64,000 nucleotides of DNA, from NCBI RefSeq assembly GCF_009834535.1, contig NC_045696.1, positions 48,548,001 to 48,612,000 on the forward strand. The letters run 5' to 3'. A model generated the notes under the pieces. The model had not been told where the DNA came from and ran no database searches. It was given only the letters and a program-made list of their open reading frames with translations. Every line of letters starts with the position of its first letter. Position 1 is the first letter of the stretch. Positions 26,161-38,387 of the stretch are shown here, one piece after another. The translations under genes and the position numbers were made by a program. Origin of the DNA: Camelus ferus (taxonomy: Eukaryota).

Positions 26161-26512
26161 CCTACATACATGTCAACAAAGTTATGAAAAAAAGCTGTAG
26201 AATATTGAACATGCATGCGTGCTTGTAATGTAGTAAAATCCAAAGGAGGCATAACTTCAAGAAAATAGTAGATATGATCCTCCAATAATTCTAGATAATT
26301 TACTGATAAGAGGCAGTGGTTGTGATTATATAACCAAAAACCTTCAAAGTTCTGGAGTCCAAGGAACATTCTCAGGGTAGTACAGAATGATTGTAAAACC
26401 TCATCCTGCAAGGAGCAGGTAGCATTTGACCTCCTGAAATTAGCACCAGTGTCACACAGATGTGAGCTGAAGGTGGGGAATAATAAATAAATAAGTAAAG
26501 GCCCTAGCCAGC

Positions 26513-26740
26513 TCCAATGGCAGGGGGATCATTTTTACAGGCAGAAAATAATTATCCGGCTGGAAGTTAGCCAGAACACCAGAGAGTGAGCATCCTTATC
26601 CCGTCTCAAAATTCTGCGGGATTTTTAATGAACACAAATGGTCATGACCTTGAGTTACATGCTCCATCCACAATAAGAACTTCTTAACAGCAATGTTAGG
26701 GTGTTCCCTCCCTTGACCCCTGCTGCAGGGCACTGATTTA
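26513..26740 (-). mobile_element. AmnSINE1-like element (Deu domain)
   Basis: ggcagaaaataattatccggctggaagttagccagaacacc…gggatttttaatgaacacaaatggtcatgaccttgagtt…catcc is collinear with the remembered antisense Deu domain (ggcagaatgtaattaccc…tggaatttggccaggacacc…gggatctttaatgaccacaagtggtcaggacctcggtt…catcc). Confidence 0.7.
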
Positions 26741-27376
26741 GAAACAAGAATTAAGAAGTCTTTGAGATCTAGGAGGATAATGAGGACCCCTGCAAAAATT
26801 AGTCAGTTCAATTAAATGACAAATTTTACAGAATAGTAACAGTAGTGTTTTGGCGGCCAGTAGCAAACTGCAAAACTGCTTAACAAATTTCTACAAAGGA
26901 ATTTCATATCTAAATGACAAAGTGGAGATCATCTATAAGGGCTAAATACTGCTTCTGCTGCCATTTGGAACAGCTCTCCTATCCTCCCCAACACTAGTTT
27001 TACTTTTGTTCATTAGTCATGGTTTCCTTGTCTTGGACTAATTTTGCACACATGTATTTGATTTGCAGTGAATGGATGACAGATTAGCCAGATTGCAAAT
27101 CATAATTCAGCAGAGAGCCATGTAATGTAAATCACATAGCCCAGCATCCACTTCTGTTTGCCAAGACAGCATTCTTGGAAGTTGCCAGATAAAATGATAG
27201 CCCTCAGTTTGAATACCAAGCATCATTTGTGAGATGGTAGACTTTTTGAGAGCTTCTTAACAGGAACAAAGCTCTGATTTTGTGGCTGTAGCCCACAAAT
27301 TGCCAAAAAGATAAGGCCTCTAGGAGGACATTTCTATAATGGGATCACAAGGCAGAAATGGGAAAGTATCACTTTT

Positions 27377-27711
27377 TTTTTTTGCATGCTCTTTTTTATT
27401 TTTTAATTAAAGTGTAGTCAGGTATAGTGTGTCAATTTCTGGTGTACAGCGTAATGTCCCAGTCATGTATATAAATATACATATATTCATTTTCACATTA
27501 TTTTTCATTAAAGGTTATTACAAGATATTGAATATAGTTCCCTGTGCTATACAGAAGAAATCTGTTTTTTTAATCTATTTTTATATATAGTGGCTAACAT
27601 TTGCAAATCTCAAACTCCTAAATGTATCCCTTCCCACCCCCTTTCCCCTGGTAGTCATAAGATGGTTTACTATATCTGTGAGTCTGTTTCTATTTTGTAG
27701 GTGAGTTTATT
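27377..27711 (-). mobile_element. Young lineage-specific L1 3' end with 12-bp TSD
   Basis: Poly(T), then antisense L1 3' UTR (aatatagttccctgtgctatacag…gtgagtctgtttct). AGTATCACTTTT at 27365-27376 and 27712-27723. Confidence 0.9.
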
Positions 27712-27916
27712 AGTATCACTTTTGATCACTTACTCTGTGCCAGACCTTGTACTAGGAATTTTACACATAGTACTTCATTAAGTTTTCTCAATAATGGAAT
27801 GGGTACTATTAATGTCATTTAACACATGAAGTGAAGGGATATTATTTCTGTGCAGGAATCCGAGCAACTAACACCTCTGTCTCCACTTCCCTAAGCTTCT
27901 TTGCAATTAAAAGGAC

Positions 27917-27919
<3 letters not shown>

Positions 27920-27973
<54 letters not shown>

Positions 27974-27981
27974 ACACACAC
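27920..27981. repeat. (CA)n microsatellite
   Basis: About 30 units with one TA interruption. Confidence 0.95.
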
Positions 27982-28399
27982 CCTAGGCTATAAGTTCATG
28001 CTGTTTATATAGATCTGGGAAGAGAAACATTATGGCATGAATATTCCATATAATCATATTATATCTATTGTAAAACCATGGCAATTAAATTTTAGTTTAT
28101 ATGCCTAACTTCAGAGGATGATGTTGGATAAATGTGCCAGGCATTTATTTTCCTGTTTCCTCTGAGATGCATTCCTCATACGTCATGGGTTGCACTCTAT
28201 TGAAGGGAGCCAGTCTTTCAAACTACTTGCCAGGTTCACTTGCTTCTGAGAGAGTTCAGACAAGACCTTGAAGGGCCAGGTAAATACAAAAGCAGGGCAC
28301 GTCTCCTCTTCTCTCCGCCTCAAGCAGTGGGCAGTGGCTTTGTTCCTCCCTGCCTTCGGCTCCTACCAAAATTCTCCCTCCTCCCTGGTCCCAGATGAT

Positions 28400-29510
28400 A
28401 CTATCAGTTACATTATTTTCTTAATTTCATTTTGTGTGTTTGTACTTGTTATGTCTTGCTTATGGAATGACCTGTTATCATCATAAAATATCCTCCTTTG
28501 TACCTATTAAAATTTTTGTAGTAAAATCTGTTTTGTCTGATATTAATCATGCCCATCCAGATCTCTTTGGTCATTGTTTGTATAGAACTTTTTTTTTTCT
28601 TTTTTCTTACTTTTCTTTCAACATATTTGTTTCTTTGAATCTGAAGTGTGTTTCTTGTAGGTAGCATATGGTTACATCATTTTTAAAACTGTTCTGCAAA
28701 TTGCTTCCTTTTGATTAGCAGATTAATGTGTTCAATCCATTTATATTTAATGCAATTACTGGTAAGGTAGGATTTACGTCTGCCATTTTACTATTATTTT
28801 CTATATATCTTAGGTCTTTGTTTCTCTCTTCCTCCATTACTGCCTTATTTTGTGTTAAATAGATCTTTTCTAGTGTATCATTTTAATCATATTACAGTTT
28901 TTTGCTGTGTTTTTTAGTTATTTTCTTAATAGTTACCCTAGAGGTTAAACTTATCATTTTAAAGCAACCTAGTTTGGATTTGGATTAGTGCTAACTTTGT
29001 TTCACTAGGACCTTGTTCTGTAATACATCCATTTCCCCCACCCTCTTTTGTCCACATATATATATAAATATATATATAATATATACATATATAATATGTA
29101 TATGGTATATGTCTATGTGTGTATTTTTACTGCTTCCATGCTGTATTAGTAGTTGGAAACAAACCTAACAAACTAGAGGTGATGACATCCCAGAAACCCA
29201 AGAGATGGGGAAAATAGTTTTGCATTTTGTCCCTTTTTAAAAAAAATTAAATGCAAATTAGCAAAAATGGATTAAAAAAGAAAAAGCGAAAACTCCAGAT
29301 GTCAGTAGGGAGAGGTTGGGGACCCAGGGGAGCCATAGGCCCCCTGCACCACAGTCTTCCTTGAATAAATGCTCCTCAATCTTGCAAGCACTTGCTAATT
29401 TACAGAGTTCTGAAGAAGCTGATGATCACATGTTTTATGCTAGTGTTTTTGTTGCTTTTTCACACGAGAAGATTTGTGGAGAGCCTCACTCTGCCCTTCT
29501 GAAAGTCCTA
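28400..29510 (-). mobile_element. Ancient L1M fragments (ORF2 piece plus 5'-end-like piece)
   Basis: aaaatctgttttgtctgatattaat…aatctgaagtgtgtttcttgtaggtagcatat…ccatttatatttaatgcaattactg; 5'-end-like gagcctcactctgcccttctgaaagtcc near 29500. Confidence 0.6.
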
Positions 29511-29574
29511 CCCCTAGAGACATTTTCAGGGAAAATTTAATGTAACTTCTTGTACGTGTGTAAAGGTAGTTGTT

Positions 29575-29878
29575 AGGAGCCAGTACAATGTGAGTCACAA
29601 ATACAAGCTACGTATTTTAATTTAAATATTTAGTGGTGATACTAACATAAGTAAAGAGAAACAGGTGAACTTAATTTTTATAAGTTATTTATCCCTGTAT
29701 AGCCAAAGTGTTATCAGTTCAACATGCAATCATTAGAAAACTTACAGATACTTTATATTCCTTTTTCATACTATCTTTGAAAGCTGATGTGTGTTTTACC
29801 TTATAATTCAGTTCAGACTAGCCATATCTACAGTACTCAAGAGCCACATAAAGCTGGTGGCTACCATATTTTAGAACA
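29575..29878. mobile_element. MER33-like hAT-Charlie DNA transposon
   Basis: aagtaaagagaaacaggtgaacttaatttt…ttcaacatgcaatca…gactagccatatc…agccacataaagctggtggctaccatatt. Confidence 0.75.
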
Positions 29879-30004
29879 AGACTGCTTGGATTAATCACTC
29901 TTCTGCCACTTGCAAGCTGAATTACCTTTGCTGTTTACTTATTTATGTCTCATTTAAATTTTCTCAACTTGCAAATTATGAACTAAAAATGACTTCTGCT
30001 TTAC

Positions 30005-30232
30005 AGTTTGCTTGTCAGACTAGGGCTTTTTGGCCAAGCCTAACTCACTGCACATGTTGGTAAATGCAGGCGTATTGGAATTCAGCCGTACTCATTCACT
30101 TATGCATTTCCTAGGGCTGCATTTGAGTGACAATGGCAGAAATGAATAGTTGACACAGAGACGATGTGGCCTACAAACCCTAAAATATTTATTATCTATG
30201 GCCCTTTATATAAATAGTGTGCTGGCTCTTGC
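30005..30232. mobile_element. MER58A-like hAT-Charlie element, inserted in a MIR (~29880-30325)
   Basis: tattggaattcagccgtactcattcac…aatagttgacacagagacgatgtggcc…cctaaaatatttattatctatggccctttat. MIR core halves lie on either side. Confidence 0.7.
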
Positions 30233-31099
30233 TTTATATAGTTGGAAGGAATAAATTATTTAACACATGTAAAATACTTATAATAGAGGCTAACATATAA
30301 ATATTTCTCATGTATTAGCTAAAATTTTTAGGAATAGACACAGCCCAAAGGGAAACATATCTGCTAATTCTTTGCAGTTTTCTCTGAAAATACTGCAAAT
30401 AACAGAAAAGAACATGTTTTCCCAATTACCATAGTTAGCCAAAGCATGTTATTCTTAGCTTTTCAAGAATTTGGGAATAAAAACAGATACAATAATTTTT
30501 ATTTGGGGGCACAATAATCCTCATTATGTAAAGCATATTAAGAAACTGTATTATACCAATACATTCCAAATTATGATTCTCTACCTAAAACAATTTTTTG
30601 GCGTTTTCTTCACACCTGATTTTTTGCAATGATAAAATGAAAGGTTAGCTATAGGAGCATCTTATCAAAATTATCCACCCAAATCCTTGACCCATGAGAT
30701 CTTACATATGGGTAAGCCAATGGAATATTCCTATGTTATCTCGAATGTTGCCCAGTATGCCATCAGGTTGTTGTCTAAGCTAATAGTCCCCTCACAACAG
30801 CCTGTTCTTTAAGAAGGAGGAAGTGTCCAGAGAAAATGTGTCATGAGGGAATTTCCAGTCTTGATCCCATGTGGTTCCTATAGTCATGAACTCCCAGTAG
30901 TTGTTAGGCACAGAAGATAACCTGTTTAGCTAAAACAAACATATAACAAATTGCATGTTAGAACAATATTGGCAAAAAGCTACTGCCTTTCTCCTTCTCA
31001 GTAGGACAATTTATTTTTAATTAAGTTCAAAGCTGTTGAAAAACTTAATTGAAGTCCATTTGGTTGTTTGTATCCTCTCATTCCCTTTCTGCCACATAT

Positions 31100-31620
31100 A
31101 TACAACGTTTAACCAGCGTCATGGAGTATTTACTTTGCTTGATGCTGTGGGCACACAGAAATTAACCTTGTTTTCTAGGATTTAACATTAAACAACTTAG
31201 TAAAATACAAAGCCAGATGGAATCAGTACCAAGTCAAAGCAGTCACGTTGTGCTGTGGGACAACAGAAGGAAAAGAGGCCAGTCTGACTGACAGGTCCTG
31301 AAAATGCTGTGTGGGCATGATGCCCTTTGATTTGAGCTTTGACTGATGACTTGGCATTTCCTGGCTTCAAACAATCCCAGGTGAATGAAATCTTAAGAAA
31401 ACTGTATCAATGTGTAATACACCCAGGAAAAGGCCATGAGTTTAGTATGAATGAGCTATGGACTAGGCAAAGACAGGTAACAGTTAATGAGTTTAAAGAA
31501 ATAAGAAAAGGCTTGTCCGTGGAGTATGTCTCATGCTGTATTAAGGAGTTTTGACGATAGACTGTATGAAAACAGGAATCAAGAACAAGTTTTAAGATAG
31601 GAATAGAATATATTTAAATC
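31100..31620 (-). mobile_element. L2 fragment
   Basis: Antisense L2 motifs (gtgctgtggga…tttgatttgagctttga…tgctgtattaaggagtttt). Confidence 0.5.
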
Positions 31621-32002
31621 CTTAGTGAGTTCTCCCCAGTGGGTAATAAAAGGAAGAAAATGTACATACTGACCTCTTGGGAGAAGTAAATTTCTCTTTA
31701 CTCCATCTTTGGGTCTTAGTAAGAGGCACTAATATTTCTGTATTTTTAGGAAAGAGGAGAATTTCTGAGTCTTCATGGGAATAAACTCTCAACCTTTACT
31801 TTTCTACTTAATACTCTCTATCACAGTTCTCTTTTTGGGTCTTTGTCCCATGAAGCTGGCACAATAAGACGAGCTGAGGCGACCTAGTACGGGAAGCCTG
31901 GACCTCTTGCTCTGGGGCTTGGGGAAAAACAGGCTCCTCTTTCCTTGTCCTGTTTGTTCTTAGATTTATTGGAAGAGCTAGTATTTCAATGTGGGCTTAG
32001 AA

Positions 32003-32206
32003 AAGAGTTTCTCAAACTCACCATTATTGATATTTTGGCCAGATAATTCTTTGCCATGGGGAGGATGTCATATGCATTATAGGATGTTTAGCAACATCCA
32101 TGACTTCTATCCACTAGATACCCTAGTTGTGATAGTGAAAAATGTCTCCAGACATTGCCAAATATCCCTTGGAGAAGGAAGAATTGTTCCCAGCTGAGAA
32201 CCACTG
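32003..32206. mobile_element. MER20 hAT-Charlie DNA transposon
   Basis: tttctcaaac…attgatattttggccagataattctttg…aggatgtttagcaacatcc…ccactagata…aaaatgtctccagacattgccaaat…gagaaccactg. Confidence 0.8.
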
Positions 32207-33514
32207 GCTTCGCAATGGAAGACGAGAAGGAGGCTTTCAGGCTGCTGGGTTCTGAGTATTGTGCTAGTCTCACACAAACGAAAGAATGTTGATGGCACTA
32301 CGATCTGATGAAGTCCCCAAAGCACATGCATTCGTAAACGTGAGTTTTAAACTTACAATGAAGATTACAAATCGTCCGAGAGCATCCCTTCTTTCAGTTC
32401 CCATTAGAAACCTTACACTAAGTAATCCTTCCAGGGTCAGATGTTGAGAATGCTAAGGTCATAGGTCTTTGCCAAATATGATAATCTTATTTCAATCCAA
32501 CTTACAATTTTAACTCTTTTTTTTCAACAATACATCAGACTTACAGTTTAAGTTTCTAACTCCCAGTCGCCAAAATAAATAAATAAATAAAATTGGAAAG
32601 AATTCTCACTTACCAATAAATTTTCAAGCTGAACTGAGAGAAAATGCAGATTTTAGCTTATGGCATAGAAGGGCTGTTCCTCCTAAATGAGAGGACGATA
32701 AGAAATGTAAAAACCCTGGATATAAGGCATCTCAGGAAATGGCTTTCTGAGGGAAACAAGGTAATATTTTTATCCTCCTGACCCATCTAAAGCTATTTTC
32801 TGTCTTTTACCTTCAGAGAGAGAGAGAGAGAAAGAGAGAGAGAACTGTAGAAAATAAGATAACTGAATAGAATTAGGCTAATTCAAGGTACAAATAATGC
32901 TCCTTGGGGATGAGGGAGGGTACTGTGTAGATAAGAGCCCAGTTATCTGGGTATGATGAGAGTTATATTATTTAATGTGCAAATATAAGCTCAAAGTTTA
33001 TGTTTTCATAGTTCTGCATATCAGCAAGCCAACCTTAGGAGTAGGAGATGTCATGTCATTATAGCAGAAGCAGGTTAGACATTTAGAATTGAATGGGCTG
33101 CTGTGCACAAGACCAGCTTCCACTGGTAGATTTCAAAAGGCGATTTGGCCATGACACACCTTCACAGAAAGCTGGCCCGGGGTCAAGCTGTACATCCTGT
33201 ATGGTACAAATGCTGAGCTTAGGAAATCTCACTTTATCCAAAGTCAAGCTAGCGTCATAAAAGATTGAATGGAACACAGGAAAGAAGAATAAAGCACACA
33301 GTGAAATTGAATGCAGAACATGCTGCTGAAAATGACCTAATGCATGATTCATTACATTATGTGACTACTTCAATAGAATTCAGTGAGATGGGGCCTCTAA
33401 AAATTAATGCAGGAATCCACTTGACGAGAAAAGACTAAGCTGAAAAGACAACAAAATAAGAAGGAAACTGGATGTATCAGAAAGGGTGATAGCCTAGATA
33501 AAACAGAATATCAC

Positions 33515-34300
33515 TGGGGGTTCCAGTTTCTGCTTAGGATGCAGAAATCTGGAAAGAACATCATTCCCACCTTAAAGGCATGAAAAACCTGGCTACAATA
33601 TAAAATCGTGTGTTTGTAAAGACTTGATGTTACGTCATAACCAAATACCCCGACATCTGTGTAAAGACAGTGTCTTTAAGGAGAGACGGAATACAAGCGC
33701 TGGCCTGATGGGCGAAAGGCGTGGGGAGAAGAAAAAGCCACCGTAAAAGCAGTAAGAGCTAAACTAAAATGTCTAAACTCTTTCTGAAAAGCCAAGAACG
33801 ATCCACCGTGAGTGATTGGAACCCCTAGAAGCTGCAGACACAAGGAGTGTTTGCACCTGGTCACAGACTCTGCTGCACAGGCCCCCACCAGGCAGTCACA
33901 AGAGAGATGGGGGTTGTGATGGAAGACAGGAGGAAGCATTTCCCTGCAGGAAAGCAAGCCTGTCATCCCTGGGGGCACAGGAAAAGCCCACTGTGGCTGG
34001 GGGAGGGAAACTGAAAAAAAAAAAAAAAAACTTTTATACCTAAGGAAGTGGAGAAGCAGGGTTATGAAATTTATACAGAAAGATAAAGATGCCAGAATAG
34101 GCAGAACAACTTTAAAGAACAAAAAATGGAGCTTTCAGGTCTACTTGGTATCAAAGTTTATCGTAAGGCAACATTACTCAAGACAATGTGGTGTTGGTAA
34201 AGAGCTAGACACATAGATTAGAATAAAATGGAAAACCCAGAAATCAACCCACACAGAGAGCGTTAATTTCCAACTAAGTCTCAAATTCACTAGAGAAAGG
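33515..34300 (+). mobile_element. Old L1M fragments (5'-UTR-like piece joined to ORF2 piece)
   Basis: The ORF2-like part is aaatttatacagaa…ccagaataggcagaacaactttaaagaac…aagacaatgtggtgttgg…cccagaaatcaacccacac. The upstream part is only 5'-UTR-like. Confidence 0.5.
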
Positions 34301-35844
34301 CTAGTCTACAAGCTGTATCTGCTACTCCCACTGCCAGGCTTACTCCCCAACATGAACTGCTGGCTGATTTGCACTATGGTAAGCCAGTTACATGAGTCAT
34401 TTCACTTAAGCTTCACGCTAGGTCTGTGCTGATGTTACTAGTGTTATCTTCATTTAATAGATGAGAAAACTAAAGTTTAGAAAGGCCATATTACATGATA
34501 AAGTCATAAAAATAGTAATTGTCACAGTTAGAAAATACATAGACATATATTCTTACTAAGAATTGAAAGAAAGGAAAAGGTTTTAAGAAAGATGGTCATG
34601 GTTCATTTAGCACTGAAATTGGTAATATTTTAGCAAATTTCACCCCCAAACTGATTTTAAACTTAAAAATAAATTTTATAATGGAAAATATCTAATATAA
34701 AATGTACTAACTGTAATAAACGCTCAAAAATGGTAATAGAAAATAAATACCCACTCCAAATTAAAATCCACTTTCTCTAGTTTAGACTGTGATTTTATAT
34801 GTTTAGTATATATTTCTAGTGGAGTTAATTTCCTCTGTAGTACTTGTCCACTTCACATTTTTCCTAGCTGTCTCCTCATTTACTTTTTTCAAATTACTGT
34901 TTAAAAAACTTATCAAGTTCCAGATCAATAGCTCATTGAGATTTTTATTGGAAGTATATTTAATTAATTATTAAATGTGGGAAGCATTGGCCTTTTTATT
35001 TGGTGTTTCCATTTGTGTGTCTCTCACAGTTCTATTGCTGATATTCCTTGTGTTTTCTATTTTTTTATAATTTATAATAACATTTTATAATAATGTTTTA
35101 ATTATTGTTGTCATTGAAAAAATTTTATATCATAATTCCTATGCTGTTACAGAAGTATTATTGCATTAACAATCTCTAGAAAAATGTTTTCATTATTAAA
35201 ATATTTCAGTGTTGTGTTTCAATAGCACATTGTTTTATTTTATTTAACCATAAAGTCGACAACCAAGAACCAGCACGTGATGATGACATTTGAGCTTACG
35301 CTGACTGTTGGCTGAATTCTGTGATACTCCTTTTGTCTTATTAGTTCATTTGTAAAGTGGCTCCAAAATTCCACTTAGGAAATTCCCTGAGGCCTTCATT
35401 TTCATCATCTTTCTACATTGTACACATGGCATAAATGCAATATATTTAAATGCAAATTCAGCTGCCTTATTTTGAGCACCTGCCATAGCCTAGATTCTGT
35501 GATAAGCTCTCATACACATACAGTCTTAATTATGCTTCCCAACACCATAAGATACGTATTATTTAAACCATTTTTCAGTGAGAACACATTTTAAATTCCT
35601 AAAGAAAGATAATGAGTATGTTTTAAATTCTGAGAAAACTTCCTCCATGTCTTACAGAGTACTGACGAACATACATAAAACCACTTTTTGAAACATTTTC
35701 CGAGTGTGTGACTTTTACATTGTTTCAGGTGGATTTCTTAGATTGGCTTTTGTGTGGCCTTTGTATACTAAGCAACATGTTCTTCAAATTATCCCTCACA
35801 TAAAGCAGTGGCGTTTTCTCTCAACAGCATTAAGTCACTGAGAG

Positions 35845-36010
35845 AGAAAACCACAGTCCACGGAAGTACTTATAAGACTGCAAAGGAAGTTCTGTCAAAC
35901 GAAGTGTGACCTTTGAAAAGCTCGAATATCTAAGCTTTCATCCGGAAAACAGAGTAGATGAAATGCACGCTGAGGTGGTGAGTTGAGTCCCGGGAAAGGA
36001 GGGTAAGTCA
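35845..36010 (+). promoter_or_regulatory. Candidate promoter/enhancer with possible first exon
   Basis: AACCACA (35849), CGGAAGT (35861), TATAAG (35871), AGGAAGT (35884), TGACCTTTGAA (35907); donors GTGAGT (35978) and GTAAGT (36003). Confidence 0.4.
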
Positions 36011-36898
36011 GGGTCTCCTGTCCCTGCCAAAGGCATGCTTACGGAGCTGTTCCCCGTCTTTTAATATTTTGCAGTTTTCAGGGGCATTGATCTTTACCCC
36101 AAAATGAGGTCACTTAACGGCTGTTTATCTAGTCACCCAGATTCAAATACAGATGTCTTTGAAAGAAGATACATCTTGCGTCATTTTGCGACGGGGTAGC
36201 TGCAGCCAGACTTTGAAAACCTCCAGCTCTAAGCCACTTTCACAAGGCTACCAACTGCTCCTTCAGAATGGGATTCCTGTTTCTTCTGAAGAGTGGAGTT
36301 TGGGGACTGAGCAGCAATCACTAAAGAGAATTACCATGGTTCCACTGCTGAGAGCCAATTGTGTAGGTGTAGAGTGAGTGTGTAAATGCGTGTGTGCATG
36401 TGTGTGTGAGAGAGAGAGGGGAGGAGACAGACCGAGATCAAGAGGAGAGAGAGAATAAGATAGTGATTGGGTTCAGTGATTTATGCAACTATAGTTAAGA
36501 ATTACAAGCCTTGCATCATTAAGTCAACTTTTGCCATCTAGAATGAAACTGATTATTTTAAGCTATCCAAACAGAAAATATCTTTCTTCAGTGTGTTTAC
36601 TCATGCTTAAAGAATAATTGACAAAAAGACACTACATGTGATCAATAAGGCCCATGAATAAAGAAAGATTATTCATTCATTCACTCCTTTATTTAATGAT
36701 GCAACCAATGGTTTGAACATCAGTGAAATACAAAGCATGATGTTATTGTCCATTCAGTATGAACATGACAGGAGGTCAGACACTAAACAAACAATCCAAA
36801 AATGAATTATGCATTTGCAATTTTGGTAAAAGTCATACAGAGGAGAAAAACACGGGAACCTGTTACAGGAGGCATCTTTTATTCCCTCTTAATAACTC

Positions 36899-36930
36899 GT
36901 GTGTGTGTGTATGTGTGTGTGTGTGTGTGT
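36899..36930. repeat. (TG)n microsatellite
   Basis: TG run with one TA interruption. Confidence 0.9.
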
Positions 36931-37215
36931 AATCCTAGGCTCCCATCCATAACAGGCATCTTGTTTACTATGCAGGGGTGTGGGATCTGGCATGTTGGAG
37001 GAAAGAGCAGAAAAAAAAAATATCAGCTTGTTTCTTTTTTTTCACTTCTTGGATTATTCAGTGTTATTTCTTGTGCTATTAAGTGTCAGATGATTAAGAA
37101 CTACTTTAAGTTTTGGAATCTCTAGCAAAATTCCCCAATTTAGTATGTCACCTGGCAGTTAGTCAATGATCTCGCTAACTTGGGATGCAGTTATTAAAAA
37201 TAAATAGAAACTGTG

Positions 37216-37417
37216 GTGAATGGGGATTAAGAGGCACAAACTACTAGGTATAAAATAAATAAGTTACAAAGATGTAATATACAGCACAGGGAATAGAGTC
37301 AATATTTTATAAACTTGGAACATAATCTATAAAAATATCAAGTTACTATGTCATACACCTGAAACTAATATAATATTGTAAGTCAACTATACTTCAATAA
37401 AAAAATTAAAATGGAAG
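37216..37417 (+). mobile_element. 5'-truncated L1 3' end with perfect 16-bp TSD
   Basis: L1 tail (tacagcacagggaatagagtcaatatttt…acacctgaaactaatataatattgtaagtcaactatacttcaataaaaaaa). ATAAATAGAAACTGTG at 37200-37215 and 37418-37433, next to a TT/AAAA endonuclease site. Confidence 0.9.
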
Positions 37418-37854
37418 ATAAATAGAAACTGTGAAACAACTCATCTTTGTCCTGTTTCTGGAGAATAATCTGGAGGCTCCATGGTCACACTCTACCTACC
37501 CTCCCTTAGGACGACTGACAGTAGAATGGTCTCTGTGGTCTGTCATCTCAGAGTGAGTGGCCTGTTACACTGCTTACAGGACCATGGCATTTAGAACAAT
37601 GGGCAAAGTGATTCTGTATGTTACATGTAATTTGGGTGTGCTGTTTTAGGTTGTACACATCTATGTGGGTTGCTTAAAATGCTGAAGTAAGTCTAAGTAG
37701 AAGTATTTATCAGGAGGGACCTAAGAGATAAATAAATACTACCTTTTTTCCCTGAAAAAAAAAAAAAAGACCCTGGAAATTAGACAGATTAAATGACAGG
37801 CTTGATGTCAAAATTGTGTTATTCACAATGGCAACTTGATTTTTGGTTTGTTTT

Positions 37855-37940
37855 TTGTTTTCAAGCTAAATAACTCAGTCCTTTTCAGCATTTCTCACTG
37901 GATTTCTTCAATTCCCTTACTAATTCAACAACATTCTTTA
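37855..37940 (-). mobile_element. Possible L3/CR1 fragment
   Basis: ttttcaagctaaataactcagtccttttcagcatttctca resembles antisense CR1 (ctccaggctaaacaaccccagttccttcaacc). Confidence 0.4.
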
Positions 37941-38362
37941 ATAAGAACAAAATATTAACTTATAAAATAAAAATAAGTAAGGAGAAGCAAGCATTCTGTT
38001 GGAAATTATCAATGTTGCTTGCTGTTTTTCTTCTTCCTGCTTCTCGGGATTCGGCCATCAAAATTTCCTTTTGGAGAAGTGAATTCTTCAGCTTTTAGCA
38101 TCTGCTCATTTTCTGAGTGTTGCTGTTCTTGGTTTCATTACAGAGCATTTGGGGAGAGAAGCCTACCTCTGGCCATTAGGCTGTCGCTAGCAGCGTGGTT
38201 AGAGACCGTAGATGAAATGTTCTTGTTAACATTACAGCAGCTGCACATTGTACCACTGAAGCCCAAACTGGAAGTCTACAACTCATCCTTCTGGAAAGCA
38301 CACATGCACATGATTGCCAGAGTGACAGATAACAATCAAATCTCCAACAGCAGATGTCTGGT

Positions 38363-38387
38363 GGGAAGGGGCCGGGAAGGGGCCGGG
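38363..38387 (+). other. G-quadruplex motif formed by an 11-bp tandem repeat
   Basis: GGGAAGGGGCC x2 plus GGG gives five G-tracts with 2-nt loops. Confidence 0.7.

Noticed and set aside
25977..26411. 144-aa ORF with the repeated peptide MPGYMAT
   Set aside because: The repeat is just the 24-bp DNA duplication; the rest is AT-rich and non-coding-like.
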